DNA of 64,000 nucleotides from Candidatus Spongiihabitans sp. (GTDB lineage Bacteria > Pseudomonadota > Gammaproteobacteria > Arenicellales > Poriferihabitantaceae), in assembly GCA_965261425.1 (NCBI GenBank), contig OZ253452.1:673160-737159 (forward strand), given 5' to 3'. Positions within the stretch are counted from its first letter, which is position 1. Every line of letters starts with the position of its first letter. Below, in pieces: positions 7,652 through 16,056 of this stretch. The notes beneath the pieces are model-generated. The model did not search any database and was not told where the DNA came from. It saw only the letters and a program-made list of their open reading frames with translations. The position numbers and the translations under genes are program-made.

Positions 7652-8302
7652 TTATGAAAGGACGCGGCTCGAATTATGGCTGTCGAGTTGAAACCAGTCG
7701 GCACTATTTTCCTGATGATAGGCGATGATGCGACTATGACAGGCATACGGGACGCTAAAACTAAAAAGCACACTCGGATCGAGCTTAAAAATGCTGGCAA
7801 AAATCGCTCTTATCACGCCACCGTGAACAATCAATAATATTCGCTTGCTTTTGTGTTGATTGATTAACTCGCACCATGATTGGGTAATACGATGTAGAAA
7901 GTCGCCATATTGATCGCCGCCATGCGGGGCAGGAGAATCGGGTTGGGTCAGCCATGCCTGCCATTGTCCGGGATATAGAGTGGTAATTTCATCAAATGAG
8001 CGACCTTCCCATTGTCCAAAATCGACTTCCGCGAAGCCGTTTTCAATGACGCATTCAATCGATAAACGCCGACTCAGGTGTTGGGCGAATTCGGCACAGC
8101 GTTTGCGCGGCGAAGCGATACACACATCCCACTGCGCTCCCTGCTGCAACAGGTGGTCACATTGACCCTCTAGATGACTCCATCCGCTTGCCGATAGCGG
8201 CGGGTCGGTAACCCCACAAATCACATTACCCAGAACATGCTCGCCATGTCGTAATAAATCAACTTCGGTGCGGCTTGTGGTTGCCGGCTCAGTATCGGGC
8301 AT
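7652..8302 (-). CDS. cobC: alpha-ribazole phosphatase (histidine phosphatase family)
   Basis: The RHGE catalytic motif (VDLLRHGEH), its size and its position between cobT and cobS. Confidence 0.75.
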   Translation of the reverse strand: MPDTEPATTSRTEVDLLRHGEHVLGNVICGVTDPPLSASGWSHLEGQCDHLLQQGAQWDVCIASPRKRCAEFAQHLSRRLSIECVIENGFAEVDFGQWEGRSFDEITTLYPGQWQAWLTQPDSPAPHGGDQYGDFLHRITQSWCELINQHKSKRILLIVHGGVIRAIFASIFKLDPSVLFSFSVPYACHSRIIAYHQENSADWFQLDSHNSSRVLS

Positions 8303-8310
8303 TCTTCGCC

Positions 8311-9402
8311 CTACCCTTCAGAAACACCCGCTTCCTCAAAGGTTGCCATACCGTTGTGCAAGGCACAGGCAGTTCTCAATATGTTGACTGCCACTGCCGC
8401 ACCACTGCCCTCGCCCAACCGCATGCCCAATGACAGCAAGGGCTGTGCGGACAGGGTCTGTAATAGTAACTGGTGTCCGGGCTCGGCAGAACTATGGGCA
8501 AAAAGCATCCACTGCCGCACCGTCGAATTCAGTTGACAAGCGATAAAGGCGGCACTGGTGGAGATGAAACCATCAACCAGTATGGGCATACCGCGCTGGG
8601 CGGCAGCAATATAAAATCCAACCAACGCAACAATCTCAAAGCCACCTAACTCGGCTAACAATGCCAGCGACTGTTGAGCATGTGCCGATTCTTTCGTCAC
8701 GCCTTGCGCCAGAGCTTGCGACTGTTGCGCCTGCGACAATCTCGACAAGGCTTTTTCGATGATGGCTAATTTCTGTGCAACACCCTGCTCATCCAATCCA
8801 GTTCCGGGTCCAACCAATTCTGCCGCCGTAGCCACTCCGAAAGCGGCAGCAAGTGCGGTTGCCGAAGTGGTGTTACCAATGCCCATTTCACCGCCAATCA
8901 CCAGATCAATATCATCGGTATATTCATCAACAATACTTTTCCCCAATGCCAATGCTGCCACGCACTGTTGGGCGGTCATTGCCGCTTGTTTTACAATGTT
9001 TTCGGTGCCACGCGCAATCGGTTGGTCAACGACTGGTGCGGCAAACCTTTGTTCGCTGATAGTGCCGGCATTAATGACCGTTAAGCCAGCACCAATCTGT
9101 TGTGCAAGAACGCTAATCGCAGCCCCGCCGCGAACAAAGTTTTTAACCATTTCGCCGGTAACAACCTGCGGGAATGCGCTGACACCCTCATTGGCTACGC
9201 CGTGGTCACCTGCAAATACAGCAATTTCAACATCATCTACGGTCGGCGCGATACGCGACTGCATCGCAGATAACGTTACTGCCACCTGCTCCAAACAACC
9301 CAAAGAGCCGGGCGGCTTGGTCAGTTGCCGTTGCCGTTGTTGTGCGGTTTGTGCCATATCCTCATCGGGTAGCGGGCAATGTTCTAAAAACCATTCATTC
9401 AT
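8311..9402 (-). CDS. cobT: nicotinate-nucleotide--dimethylbenzimidazole phosphoribosyltransferase
   Basis: TKPPGSLGCLE and GEMGIGNTT motifs. The start is placed at the internal MNEWF... (ATG at 9402-9400), which leaves 14 nt between the cobU stop and the cobT start instead of the ~80-nt overlap implied by the longest ORF. Confidence 0.9.
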   Translation of the reverse strand: MNEWFLEHCPLPDEDMAQTAQQRQRQLTKPPGSLGCLEQVAVTLSAMQSRIAPTVDDVEIAVFAGDHGVANEGVSAFPQVVTGEMVKNFVRGGAAISVLAQQIGAGLTVINAGTISEQRFAAPVVDQPIARGTENIVKQAAMTAQQCVAALALGKSIVDEYTDDIDLVIGGEMGIGNTTSATALAAAFGVATAAELVGPGTGLDEQGVAQKLAIIEKALSRLSQAQQSQALAQGVTKESAHAQQSLALLAELGGFEIVALVGFYIAAAQRGMPILVDGFISTSAAFIACQLNSTVRQWMLFAHSSAEPGHQLLLQTLSAQPLLSLGMRLGEGSGAAVAVNILRTACALHNGMATFEEAGVSEG

Positions 9403-9416
9403 ATTCGTTGTCGTTA

Positions 9417-9950
9417 CTATTTCAATACTTGGGGAATCCCATATTTCACTACGGTTACACGGTCGGCAATTTGTGCAAACTGCTGGTGTAACCACCCACT
9501 TTCATCAATAAACTGCCGACTGAGACGGTTTGTCGGGGTAATGCCCATGCCGACATCATTGCTAACCAGCAACCAGTGTGCCGGAGATTGTTGCAAACCA
9601 CGCTGAAAACTCTGTTTTTCTACTTGCCATTGCTCATGCCATTTAGGCATATCAGAACAGAGCCAGTTTGACAGCCATAGGGTCAGACAATCCACTAACA
9701 ACACATCATCTGCGGTGAAATTTTCAGTCATCGGCGATAAATATCGCCCCTCTTCGAGCAAATGCCAACCCGCGCCACGCTCGCGCTGATGTTGTTTAAT
9801 ACGCTCACTCATTTCATCATCACCCGCTTGTGCGGTGGCAATAAAATGCAGGCTCGCATCCAAATTGGTAGCGATGGCTTCGGCAGCCGACACCGCATAA
9901 CCACTTTTTCCGCTACGCGCCCCACCGATAATCAGTTCAATCATAACCAC
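9417..9950 (-). CDS. cobU: bifunctional adenosylcobinamide kinase / adenosylcobinamide-phosphate guanylyltransferase
   Basis: P-loop GGARSGKS at the N-terminus; 177 aa; operon context. Confidence 0.9.
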   Translation of the reverse strand: MVMIELIIGGARSGKSGYAVSAAEAIATNLDASLHFIATAQAGDDEMSERIKQHQRERGAGWHLLEEGRYLSPMTENFTADDVLLVDCLTLWLSNWLCSDMPKWHEQWQVEKQSFQRGLQQSPAHWLLVSNDVGMGITPTNRLSRQFIDESGWLHQQFAQIADRVTVVKYGIPQVLK

Positions 9951-9979
9951 TTCCCGAAAAATAAAATAGAATGATTACG

Positions 9980-11179
9980 CTATTTTTGTGTTTGACACTG
10001 CGGTATTCGCGTATCGGCGCAGGATGTCGGCAAACTGGAGTCGGACTGTTTTTCTTGTAACCTTTTTCTCTCCTCCTTGATAACCGACTCGGGAAACTGA
10101 CTCATAAAACAACAACAAACATTGTCATCAATCATGCTTCTTGGACCATGCGGATGGGCAATATGACGATAACGCGCATGGGTATGGGCATGGGCATGAC
10201 TGTGGCTGTGATTGTGGTCATGGCTATGCGGGTGGTTATGGTCTGGCTCGGGCTGATATTCGGCATGATGATGATGAACCGTAACCGCTCCGGCTGCCAG
10301 CCGTGCCTGAAAATCCTCCATAAGCCCGTCATAGTGCGCCGGTTGGGAGATGGTTTCCGCAATACGGATGACAAAGGTGTCAATCACATGCGTCTGATCA
10401 CGCAAATAATCTGCCAACATGAATGTTATATGCGGATTTTCTGCCGCGACTTTTTCAACATAAGCGTTGATGCGCCCAATCAACCGACCCGAAAAAAGAA
10501 AATACGGCGCCACGACAACGCGCTTAAATCCAAGTTTGACTGCCATTTCCAAACCACGTCCGACCGATGGAAAAGTAACCCCAGAATAAACCGTTTCACA
10601 CCAGCCAAACCCCATATTCTCAGCCACAATGCGGGTCAGTTTAGCCGCCTCGGCATTGGCTGTAGCGACTGAAGTCCCGCGCCCAACAACAACCAACAGG
10701 GTGTCATATAACGCCCCTGCCTCATGTTCACAATCCGGCATGTCATCCAACCCCACTGCTGCCATAATACGGTGTTGAAATGCCGCAATCATTTGCTCAT
10801 GCAAACCCAACTCTTTGCCATATTTGATGGTCAATCCGGCATGTTTCTGCCGATAAGTCGTCAACACCGAAGGAATATCGTTTTGTGCATGAGTCGCGCT
10901 AAACAACATGCCCGGGACCGCAAATATAGTCCTAACCCCCTGCGCCAACAGCCGATCCAGTGCCATGTGAATATTTGGCGAAGAGTATTCTAAAAAACCA
11001 TATTCAATCGGAATATCCGGATATCGGGCGCGCAACGCCAGAACAATCGAAGCAAATTCCTGCTCGGCAATTTTTGCCCGACTGCCATGCCCACAGATGA
11101 TGATTCCCGTATCTTTAGGGCGTGCATTCAAGGTAGCCAATACATCGTGTTTAGAGTGTAAATTATCGTTGTATTTCAT
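9980..11179 (-). CDS. cbiX: sirohydrochlorin cobaltochelatase, long two-domain CbiX form with a His-rich, Cys-containing tail
   Basis: Two CbiX/SirB-like halves (IICGHGSR... and LLVVVGRGTS...). The tail reads HHHHAEYQPEPDHNHPHSHDHNHSHSHAHAHTHARYRHIAHPH followed by NVCCCFM. Confidence 0.8.
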   Translation of the reverse strand: MKYNDNLHSKHDVLATLNARPKDTGIIICGHGSRAKIAEQEFASIVLALRARYPDIPIEYGFLEYSSPNIHMALDRLLAQGVRTIFAVPGMLFSATHAQNDIPSVLTTYRQKHAGLTIKYGKELGLHEQMIAAFQHRIMAAVGLDDMPDCEHEAGALYDTLLVVVGRGTSVATANAEAAKLTRIVAENMGFGWCETVYSGVTFPSVGRGLEMAVKLGFKRVVVAPYFLFSGRLIGRINAYVEKVAAENPHITFMLADYLRDQTHVIDTFVIRIAETISQPAHYDGLMEDFQARLAAGAVTVHHHHAEYQPEPDHNHPHSHDHNHSHSHAHAHTHARYRHIAHPHGPRSMIDDNVCCCFMSQFPESVIKEERKRLQEKQSDSSLPTSCADTRIPQCQTQK

Positions 11180-11376
11180 AGTGTTATTTTTAACTTAAAG
11201 AATAAGCTTTAATTATAGAAACTGAAAACAGACGGGATTATACCCGCCAAACCCAAAGCAGTGTTAAAAATACTGGAATCGGTCGATTCGTTCAATACTC
11301 TTAGTCGTTTTATTTATATAAATCAATGTGTTTAGATGTTTTTAATGGCTGACTAATTACGCATTACGAGTCGTTT

Positions 11377-11506
11377 GAGACTGTGCAAGAACCCAAATTC
11401 CGTCATTCCCGCGCAGGAGACTGTGCAAAAAACCAACATCCGTCATTCCTGCACCGACCCCGTCTTTCCTGCGAAAGCAGGAATCCAGTAAAATAGCCAA
11501 ACCTGC
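11377..11506. repeat. Mosaic intergenic repeat (two GAGACTGTGCAA modules plus CCTGCGAAAGCAGGAATCCAGTAAAATAGCC module)
   Basis: The modules are shared with 15026-15149, 58951-59074 and others. Confidence 0.85.
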
Positions 11507-11601
11507 ACTTCCGAAATTCCCCTGCCCCCGATAGATTAAGAAAGAACGATGTGTTATTGTTCTTATTAAATCTATCATCGTTTATGTGAGGAAAATTTAT
11601 A

Positions 11602-11934
11602 GTGGCGTGGGCTGTTTTGACTGTTGCGGGGCTGTTCGAAATTGTATGGGCAGTTGGTCTTAAATATACGGAGGGGTTTACCAAACTAATCCCCTCTATT
11701 ATTACACTAGTCGCAATGTGGGTTAGCTTTGGATTCTTGTCCTATGCCTTAAAAACCATTCCCATCGGCAGTGCTTATGCAATTTGGACTGGGATTGGTG
11801 CTGTGGGTGTCGCAATTGTAGGAATGGTTTGGTTTAATGAAGCGGCCAATTTCAGCCGCATCGCTTGTATCGGCTTGATTGTAATCGGTATTGTTGGTCT
11901 TAACGTACTAGATTCCGGGTCGAACATGGGATAA
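11602..11934 (+). CDS. sugE: SMR-family exporter (SugE/Gdx type)
   Basis: GTG start preceded by [32 protein letters not shown] is the canonical SugE N-terminus, including the membrane Glu. 110 aa with 4 TM segments. Confidence 0.9.
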   Translation: MAWAVLTVAGLFEIVWAVGLKYTEGFTKLIPSIITLVAMWVSFGFLSYALKTIPIGSAYAIWTGIGAVGVAIVGMVWFNEAANFSRIACIGLIVIGIVGLNVLDSGSNMG

Positions 11935-13220
11935 TGCCCAACACTGCCCATCCCGCCATCGACTATCCGCAAAAGTTCGTCAAAATTGTAACCCAAACCC
12001 AGTTTGGTTTATTGCCGACATCTGAACAGGTGTTTCTCAAGCAAAAAGCCTGTGAGTTGCGCTTTACCCAACAGGAATTACGGCTGACCAGCGAGATGGC
12101 TTTGCAGCGCGTTCGCTGGAAAGAATTACCATTATCAGGAGACTGGCCTACGGGTATCAATGGCAATGTCGGGGGCAATGTCGGGTCGAAAAAACAGGTC
12201 TTTGCGCTGTTGCGAGAAAAACAAGCGGTATTGCGGGATAGGGAAAATGACTACGGCGATTTATCGCTGAAGGATAAGCCCAAGACGCAAAAGCCGTTAC
12301 TAAAAACCACCGTGCAACCAAAATTGGGGCTGGGTCGTTGTCCGGTGGCTTCTGAACGTACCCGCTGTTGCAATTTACTGACTCTCGATGCGGTGGAGAA
12401 GTGTGGATTCGATTGCAGTTATTGCAGTATTCAATCGTTCTATCACGGCAACCAAGTCAAATTCGATCGCGGCTTCGCGGATAAATTATCGAAGCTCGAA
12501 CTCGACCCACAACAAACCTATCATATCGGCACCGGACAATCTTCGGACTCGCTCATGTGGGGCAATCATCAGGGCGTGTTGGAGGCGTTATGCGATTTTG
12601 CCGAAAGCCATCCCAATGTCATTCTTGAACTAAAAACCAAGTCCAAAAACATCGGCTGGCTGTTGAAAAACAAAATCCCACGCAACGTAGTCTGCACTTG
12701 GTCGCTCAATCCGCAAACCATTATTGACCATGAGGAACATTTATCAGCGAGTCTTGCCCACAGGCTGGATTCGGCAAAAGCACTGGCGGATAAAGGCTGT
12801 GTGGTTGGTTTTCACTTTCACCCTATCATTCATTACCGCGGCTGGGCGGCTGATTATCAAGCAATATGTCAAAATATTGTTGCCGAATTTGCCACCGAGC
12901 AGGTTGCGTTGGTGTCCATGGGGACGCTTACTTTTACCAAGTCGGTTATGAAAACCATCCAGCAAAGACCGCTCACCAGCAAAATATTGCAAATGCCGAT
13001 GCAACAATCTGCCGGAAAATTTTCTTATCCGACTGACATCAAACTCGACTTGTTTAAGCAGGTCTATGATTCGCTATCGGCGTGGCATAACAAAGTATTC
13101 TTTTATCTTTGCATGGAGCCGCAAGAATTATGGCAACCGGTTTTTGGATTCGACTATGCCAACAATGCTGCCTTTGAAACGGCGATGAAAAACGCCTATT
13201 TTGATAAGATAAATTCATAG
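11934..13220 (+). CDS. spore-photoproduct-lyase-like radical SAM protein with an N-terminal extension of roughly 150 aa before the radical-SAM Cys cluster
   Basis: CX3CX2C cluster (CGFDCSYCSIQ) preceded by GRCPVASERTRCCNLLTLD. The ATG overlaps the sugE stop (TAATG). Confidence 0.6.
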   Translation: MPNTAHPAIDYPQKFVKIVTQTQFGLLPTSEQVFLKQKACELRFTQQELRLTSEMALQRVRWKELPLSGDWPTGINGNVGGNVGSKKQVFALLREKQAVLRDRENDYGDLSLKDKPKTQKPLLKTTVQPKLGLGRCPVASERTRCCNLLTLDAVEKCGFDCSYCSIQSFYHGNQVKFDRGFADKLSKLELDPQQTYHIGTGQSSDSLMWGNHQGVLEALCDFAESHPNVILELKTKSKNIGWLLKNKIPRNVVCTWSLNPQTIIDHEEHLSASLAHRLDSAKALADKGCVVGFHFHPIIHYRGWAADYQAICQNIVAEFATEQVALVSMGTLTFTKSVMKTIQQRPLTSKILQMPMQQSAGKFSYPTDIKLDLFKQVYDSLSAWHNKVFFYLCMEPQELWQPVFGFDYANNAAFETAMKNAYFDKINS

Positions 13221-13223
13221 ACC

Positions 13224-13258
13224 TTTGGCATTTGGCAGTTATCAGTTGGCAGTTTACC
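13224..13258. repeat. Heptamer-periodic repeat (TTTGGCA TTTGGCA GTTATCA GTTGGCA GTTTACC)
   Basis: Direct reading. Its 3' part, GGCAGTTTACCAACAC, recurs in reverse at 20916-20945. Confidence 0.85.
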
Positions 13259-13358
13259 AACACCAGAATCGGGGCTTCAGTTATGTACAGTTTGATTTAT
13301 ACAAAAACCTCTCATAATTAAGCATACTTTATATCAATAATTCAATAAACTTTATGTT

Positions 13359-14978
13359 ATGAACAAAAACACAGAACTAATCGGCGTGGAACTGTTGCAT
13401 AACGCCGCCCTGAATAAATCGACTGCCTTCACCGAGCAAGAACGGGAGCGCCTAAAATTACGCGGGCTACTGCCGGCAGCGATCGGTAGCATGGAGACTC
13501 AACTACAGCGCGTGTTGGAAAATATGCGCCGTAAGCAAAGCGACATCGAAAAATATATTTTTCTTTCGGCGTTACAGGAGCGTAACGAGCGTTTGTTTTA
13601 TCATCTGATTATTGAAAACATTCAGGAAATCATGCCACTGATTTATACCCCGACAGTGGGGCAGGCATGCAAAGAATTTGCCAATATTTTTCGGCAGGAA
13701 AAAGGGTTTTATATCACTGCCAGAGATCGTGGCAAGATAAGGGGAATACTCGATAACTGGCCCCACAAAGATATTCGCATCATCGTTATCACCGATGGCG
13801 GGCGCATTCTCGGCTTGGGTGATTTAGGTGCCAATGGCATGGGCATTTCCATCGGCAAACTCAGCCTGTACTGTGCCTGTGCCGGCATTGCGCCACAGCA
13901 AACCTTGCCGGTTATGTTTGATATCGGCACCAACAACGAAGAATTGCTGGCCGATCCGGTTTATCTGGGAAGCCGTCAAAAAAGACTGCAAGGAGATGAT
14001 TATTTTAGTTTGATGGATGAGTTTATTGTCGCCGTAACCGATGCCTATCCGGGGGTGCTTATCCAGTTTGAAGATTTTGCCGCCGACAATGCGTTTACGC
14101 TATTGCATCAATATCGGCACAACACATTTTGTTTTAACGATGATATTCAAGGCACCGCTGCGGTGGTACTCGCCGGCGTTTATGCGTCCACTAGAATCTC
14201 TAAAAAAGACTTCAAAGATTTGAAATTTATTTTTCTAGGTGCTGGCTCGGCAGCTTCAGGTGTGGGGGCTATGATTGTTCAGGCTTTAATGGCAGCAGGG
14301 TTAAGCAACGACCAAGCGCATCAACGATTATGGTTTTTTAACAGCCACGGACTGATTACCCAATCGCGTCAAAATCTGCCCCAACATATCCAGAAATTTG
14401 CCCATGATTTACCCGATTATGGCTTTTTAGAAGCCATCGATATTCATCAACCCGACATACTCATTGGCGCGACCGGTTCACCCGGAGCTTTTACCGAAGA
14501 AATGATAACCCGTATGGCAAATATGAAAGAACGTCCGGGTATCTTTGCCCTCTCCAATCCAACCAGCCGTGCCGAATGCACTCCAGAGCAGGCATATAAA
14601 TGGAGCGATGGACGTGCTATTTTTGCCAGCGGCAGCCCTTTCGATGAGGTCGTCATTAACGGTCAACGATTGCGACCGGGACAAGGCAATAACGCCTATA
14701 TTTTCCCCGGCGTAGGCTTGGGAATGATCACCTGCCAAGCAAAAACCATTCCCGATACCATCTTTTTAGAATCTGCCAAAGTATTAGCGGAATCGGTCAG
14801 CGAAACAGATTTAGCCTTAGGCGCGATTTACCCAAGAATCAACAAGATTCGCTCGGTCTCCCTGAACATTGCCACCGCAGTCGCAAAATACGCCTATGCC
14901 AATGGCTTAACCGATCAATCCGAACCCAAACATCTTGCACAAGTCATTGAAGCATCGATGTACAATCCTAAATACTGA
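13359..14978 (+). CDS. NAD(P)-dependent malic enzyme
   Basis: 539 aa. Motifs: LLHNAALNKSTAFTEQERE..., IYTPTVGQAC, VITDGGRILGLGDLG and FNDDIQGTAAV. Confidence 0.93.
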   Translation: MNKNTELIGVELLHNAALNKSTAFTEQERERLKLRGLLPAAIGSMETQLQRVLENMRRKQSDIEKYIFLSALQERNERLFYHLIIENIQEIMPLIYTPTVGQACKEFANIFRQEKGFYITARDRGKIRGILDNWPHKDIRIIVITDGGRILGLGDLGANGMGISIGKLSLYCACAGIAPQQTLPVMFDIGTNNEELLADPVYLGSRQKRLQGDDYFSLMDEFIVAVTDAYPGVLIQFEDFAADNAFTLLHQYRHNTFCFNDDIQGTAAVVLAGVYASTRISKKDFKDLKFIFLGAGSAASGVGAMIVQALMAAGLSNDQAHQRLWFFNSHGLITQSRQNLPQHIQKFAHDLPDYGFLEAIDIHQPDILIGATGSPGAFTEEMITRMANMKERPGIFALSNPTSRAECTPEQAYKWSDGRAIFASGSPFDEVVINGQRLRPGQGNNAYIFPGVGLGMITCQAKTIPDTIFLESAKVLAESVSETDLALGAIYPRINKIRSVSLNIATAVAKYAYANGLTDQSEPKHLAQVIEASMYNPKY

Positions 14979-15025
14979 GACGATTGTTATCATACGAGAC
15001 ATTCCAGTGGTCGGGAAAGCCACCA

Positions 15026-15149
15026 GAGACCGTGCAAAAATCCAACATCCGTCTTTCCTGCACCGACCTCGTCTTTCCTGCGAAAGCAGGAATCCAGTAA
15101 AATACGCAAACCCGCAAGGGTTTTCGGTTTCAATTTTCAATTTTCAATT
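15026..15149. repeat. Mosaic intergenic repeat ending in a heptamer run (TTCAATT x3)
   Basis: Shared modules. It contains the hairpin AAACCCGCAAGGGTTT between the convergent malic-enzyme and iolE genes, which could act as a bidirectional terminator. Confidence 0.8.
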
Positions 15150-15160
15150 AAATATCGCCC

Positions 15161-16051
15161 TCATAGTTGGGCTTGTTTCATACATTTTTGTAAATGCTGA
15201 TAGCCCATTGTCACATAAGTCAGGGGATGCGCTATGACCGGGTCTTGCTCTGCTTCAATTACCAGCCAGCCTTGATATTGGTTTTTTTTCAAACCTTGCA
15301 GAATTTGAACATAATCAATCAGGCCATCTCCCGGAACCGTGAATACCCCATTTAGCACCGCATCTAAAAAAGACAAGTCGCGATTTCTGGCATCCAACAG
15401 CACAGATTCGCGGACATCTTTACAATGAACATGATTGATACGATGTCCCCAGCGGTCAATTATATTACGCCAATGACCGCCCGCATAAACCAAATGCCCA
15501 GTATCTAATAACAAGCCCACGGCTTGCGTGTGCTCCATTAAGCCATCAATATCCTGTTCAGATTCAATAACGCTACCCATGTGATGGTGATACGCCATTT
15601 GCACCTTATTATCTTCAAGATAACAGGCAAATTCATCGATTTTTTTATAAAAATTGGCACCCTGATTTTTTAACAGATTGGGTTTTCGGCTTAACGCCAT
15701 GTGTTGATGACAATGGATTGCGCCGCTGGTTTCACAGCAAACCATCACTGTCGCACCTAATTCCCGCAATAAGGCTAAGTGTGCTTGCACCGATTTTATT
15801 TCCTCATCAACAGTGCGTTGCAACAGTTGCATGCTATACCAACCGGAAGCCAATGCCAGATTATGTTTTTTTAAGATGGGCTCAAGCAACATCGCTTGGC
15901 GGGGAAATTTATTACCCAACTCGACCCCAACAAACCCCGCCTGACGGCTTTCGGTTAAGCAGGTTTCAAGCGAAGTATCCGCTCCCAACGCTGGCAAGTC
16001 ATCGTTACTCCAAGTAATCGGATTAATTCCCAGCCTGACACGGCTACTCAA
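15161..16051 (-). CDS. iolE: myo-inosose-2 dehydratase
   Basis: GINPITWSNDDLPALG N-terminus; a xylose-isomerase-like TIM barrel of 296 aa; adjacent to iolD and iolC. Confidence 0.88.
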   Translation of the reverse strand: MSSRVRLGINPITWSNDDLPALGADTSLETCLTESRQAGFVGVELGNKFPRQAMLLEPILKKHNLALASGWYSMQLLQRTVDEEIKSVQAHLALLRELGATVMVCCETSGAIHCHQHMALSRKPNLLKNQGANFYKKIDEFACYLEDNKVQMAYHHHMGSVIESEQDIDGLMEHTQAVGLLLDTGHLVYAGGHWRNIIDRWGHRINHVHCKDVRESVLLDARNRDLSFLDAVLNGVFTVPGDGLIDYVQILQGLKKNQYQGWLVIEAEQDPVIAHPLTYVTMGYQHLQKCMKQAQL

Positions 16052-16056
16052 CGTGG

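Noticed and set aside
7143-7800. Alternative ORFs (211 aa, 144 aa, 87 aa) overlapping cobS and cobC
   Set aside because: The cobS and cobC frames have family motifs and operon logic. The overlapping frames are Arg/Cys/His-rich shadow ORFs.
11180-11376. Cobalamin riboswitch upstream of the cbiX-cobUTCS operon
   Set aside because: I could not find a B12-box-like element or the conserved GGTGAAAATCC- and GCCACTG-type strings on the minus strand. Only a weak TATAAT-containing promoter-like stretch is present.
11507-11601. Guanidine riboswitch (mini-ykkC or ykkC-III) upstream of sugE
   Set aside because: There are no paired GG…ACGR…CC hairpins or other recognisable guanidine-riboswitch cores. 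The region mostly holds an unrelated hairpin (AGAAC…GTTCT).
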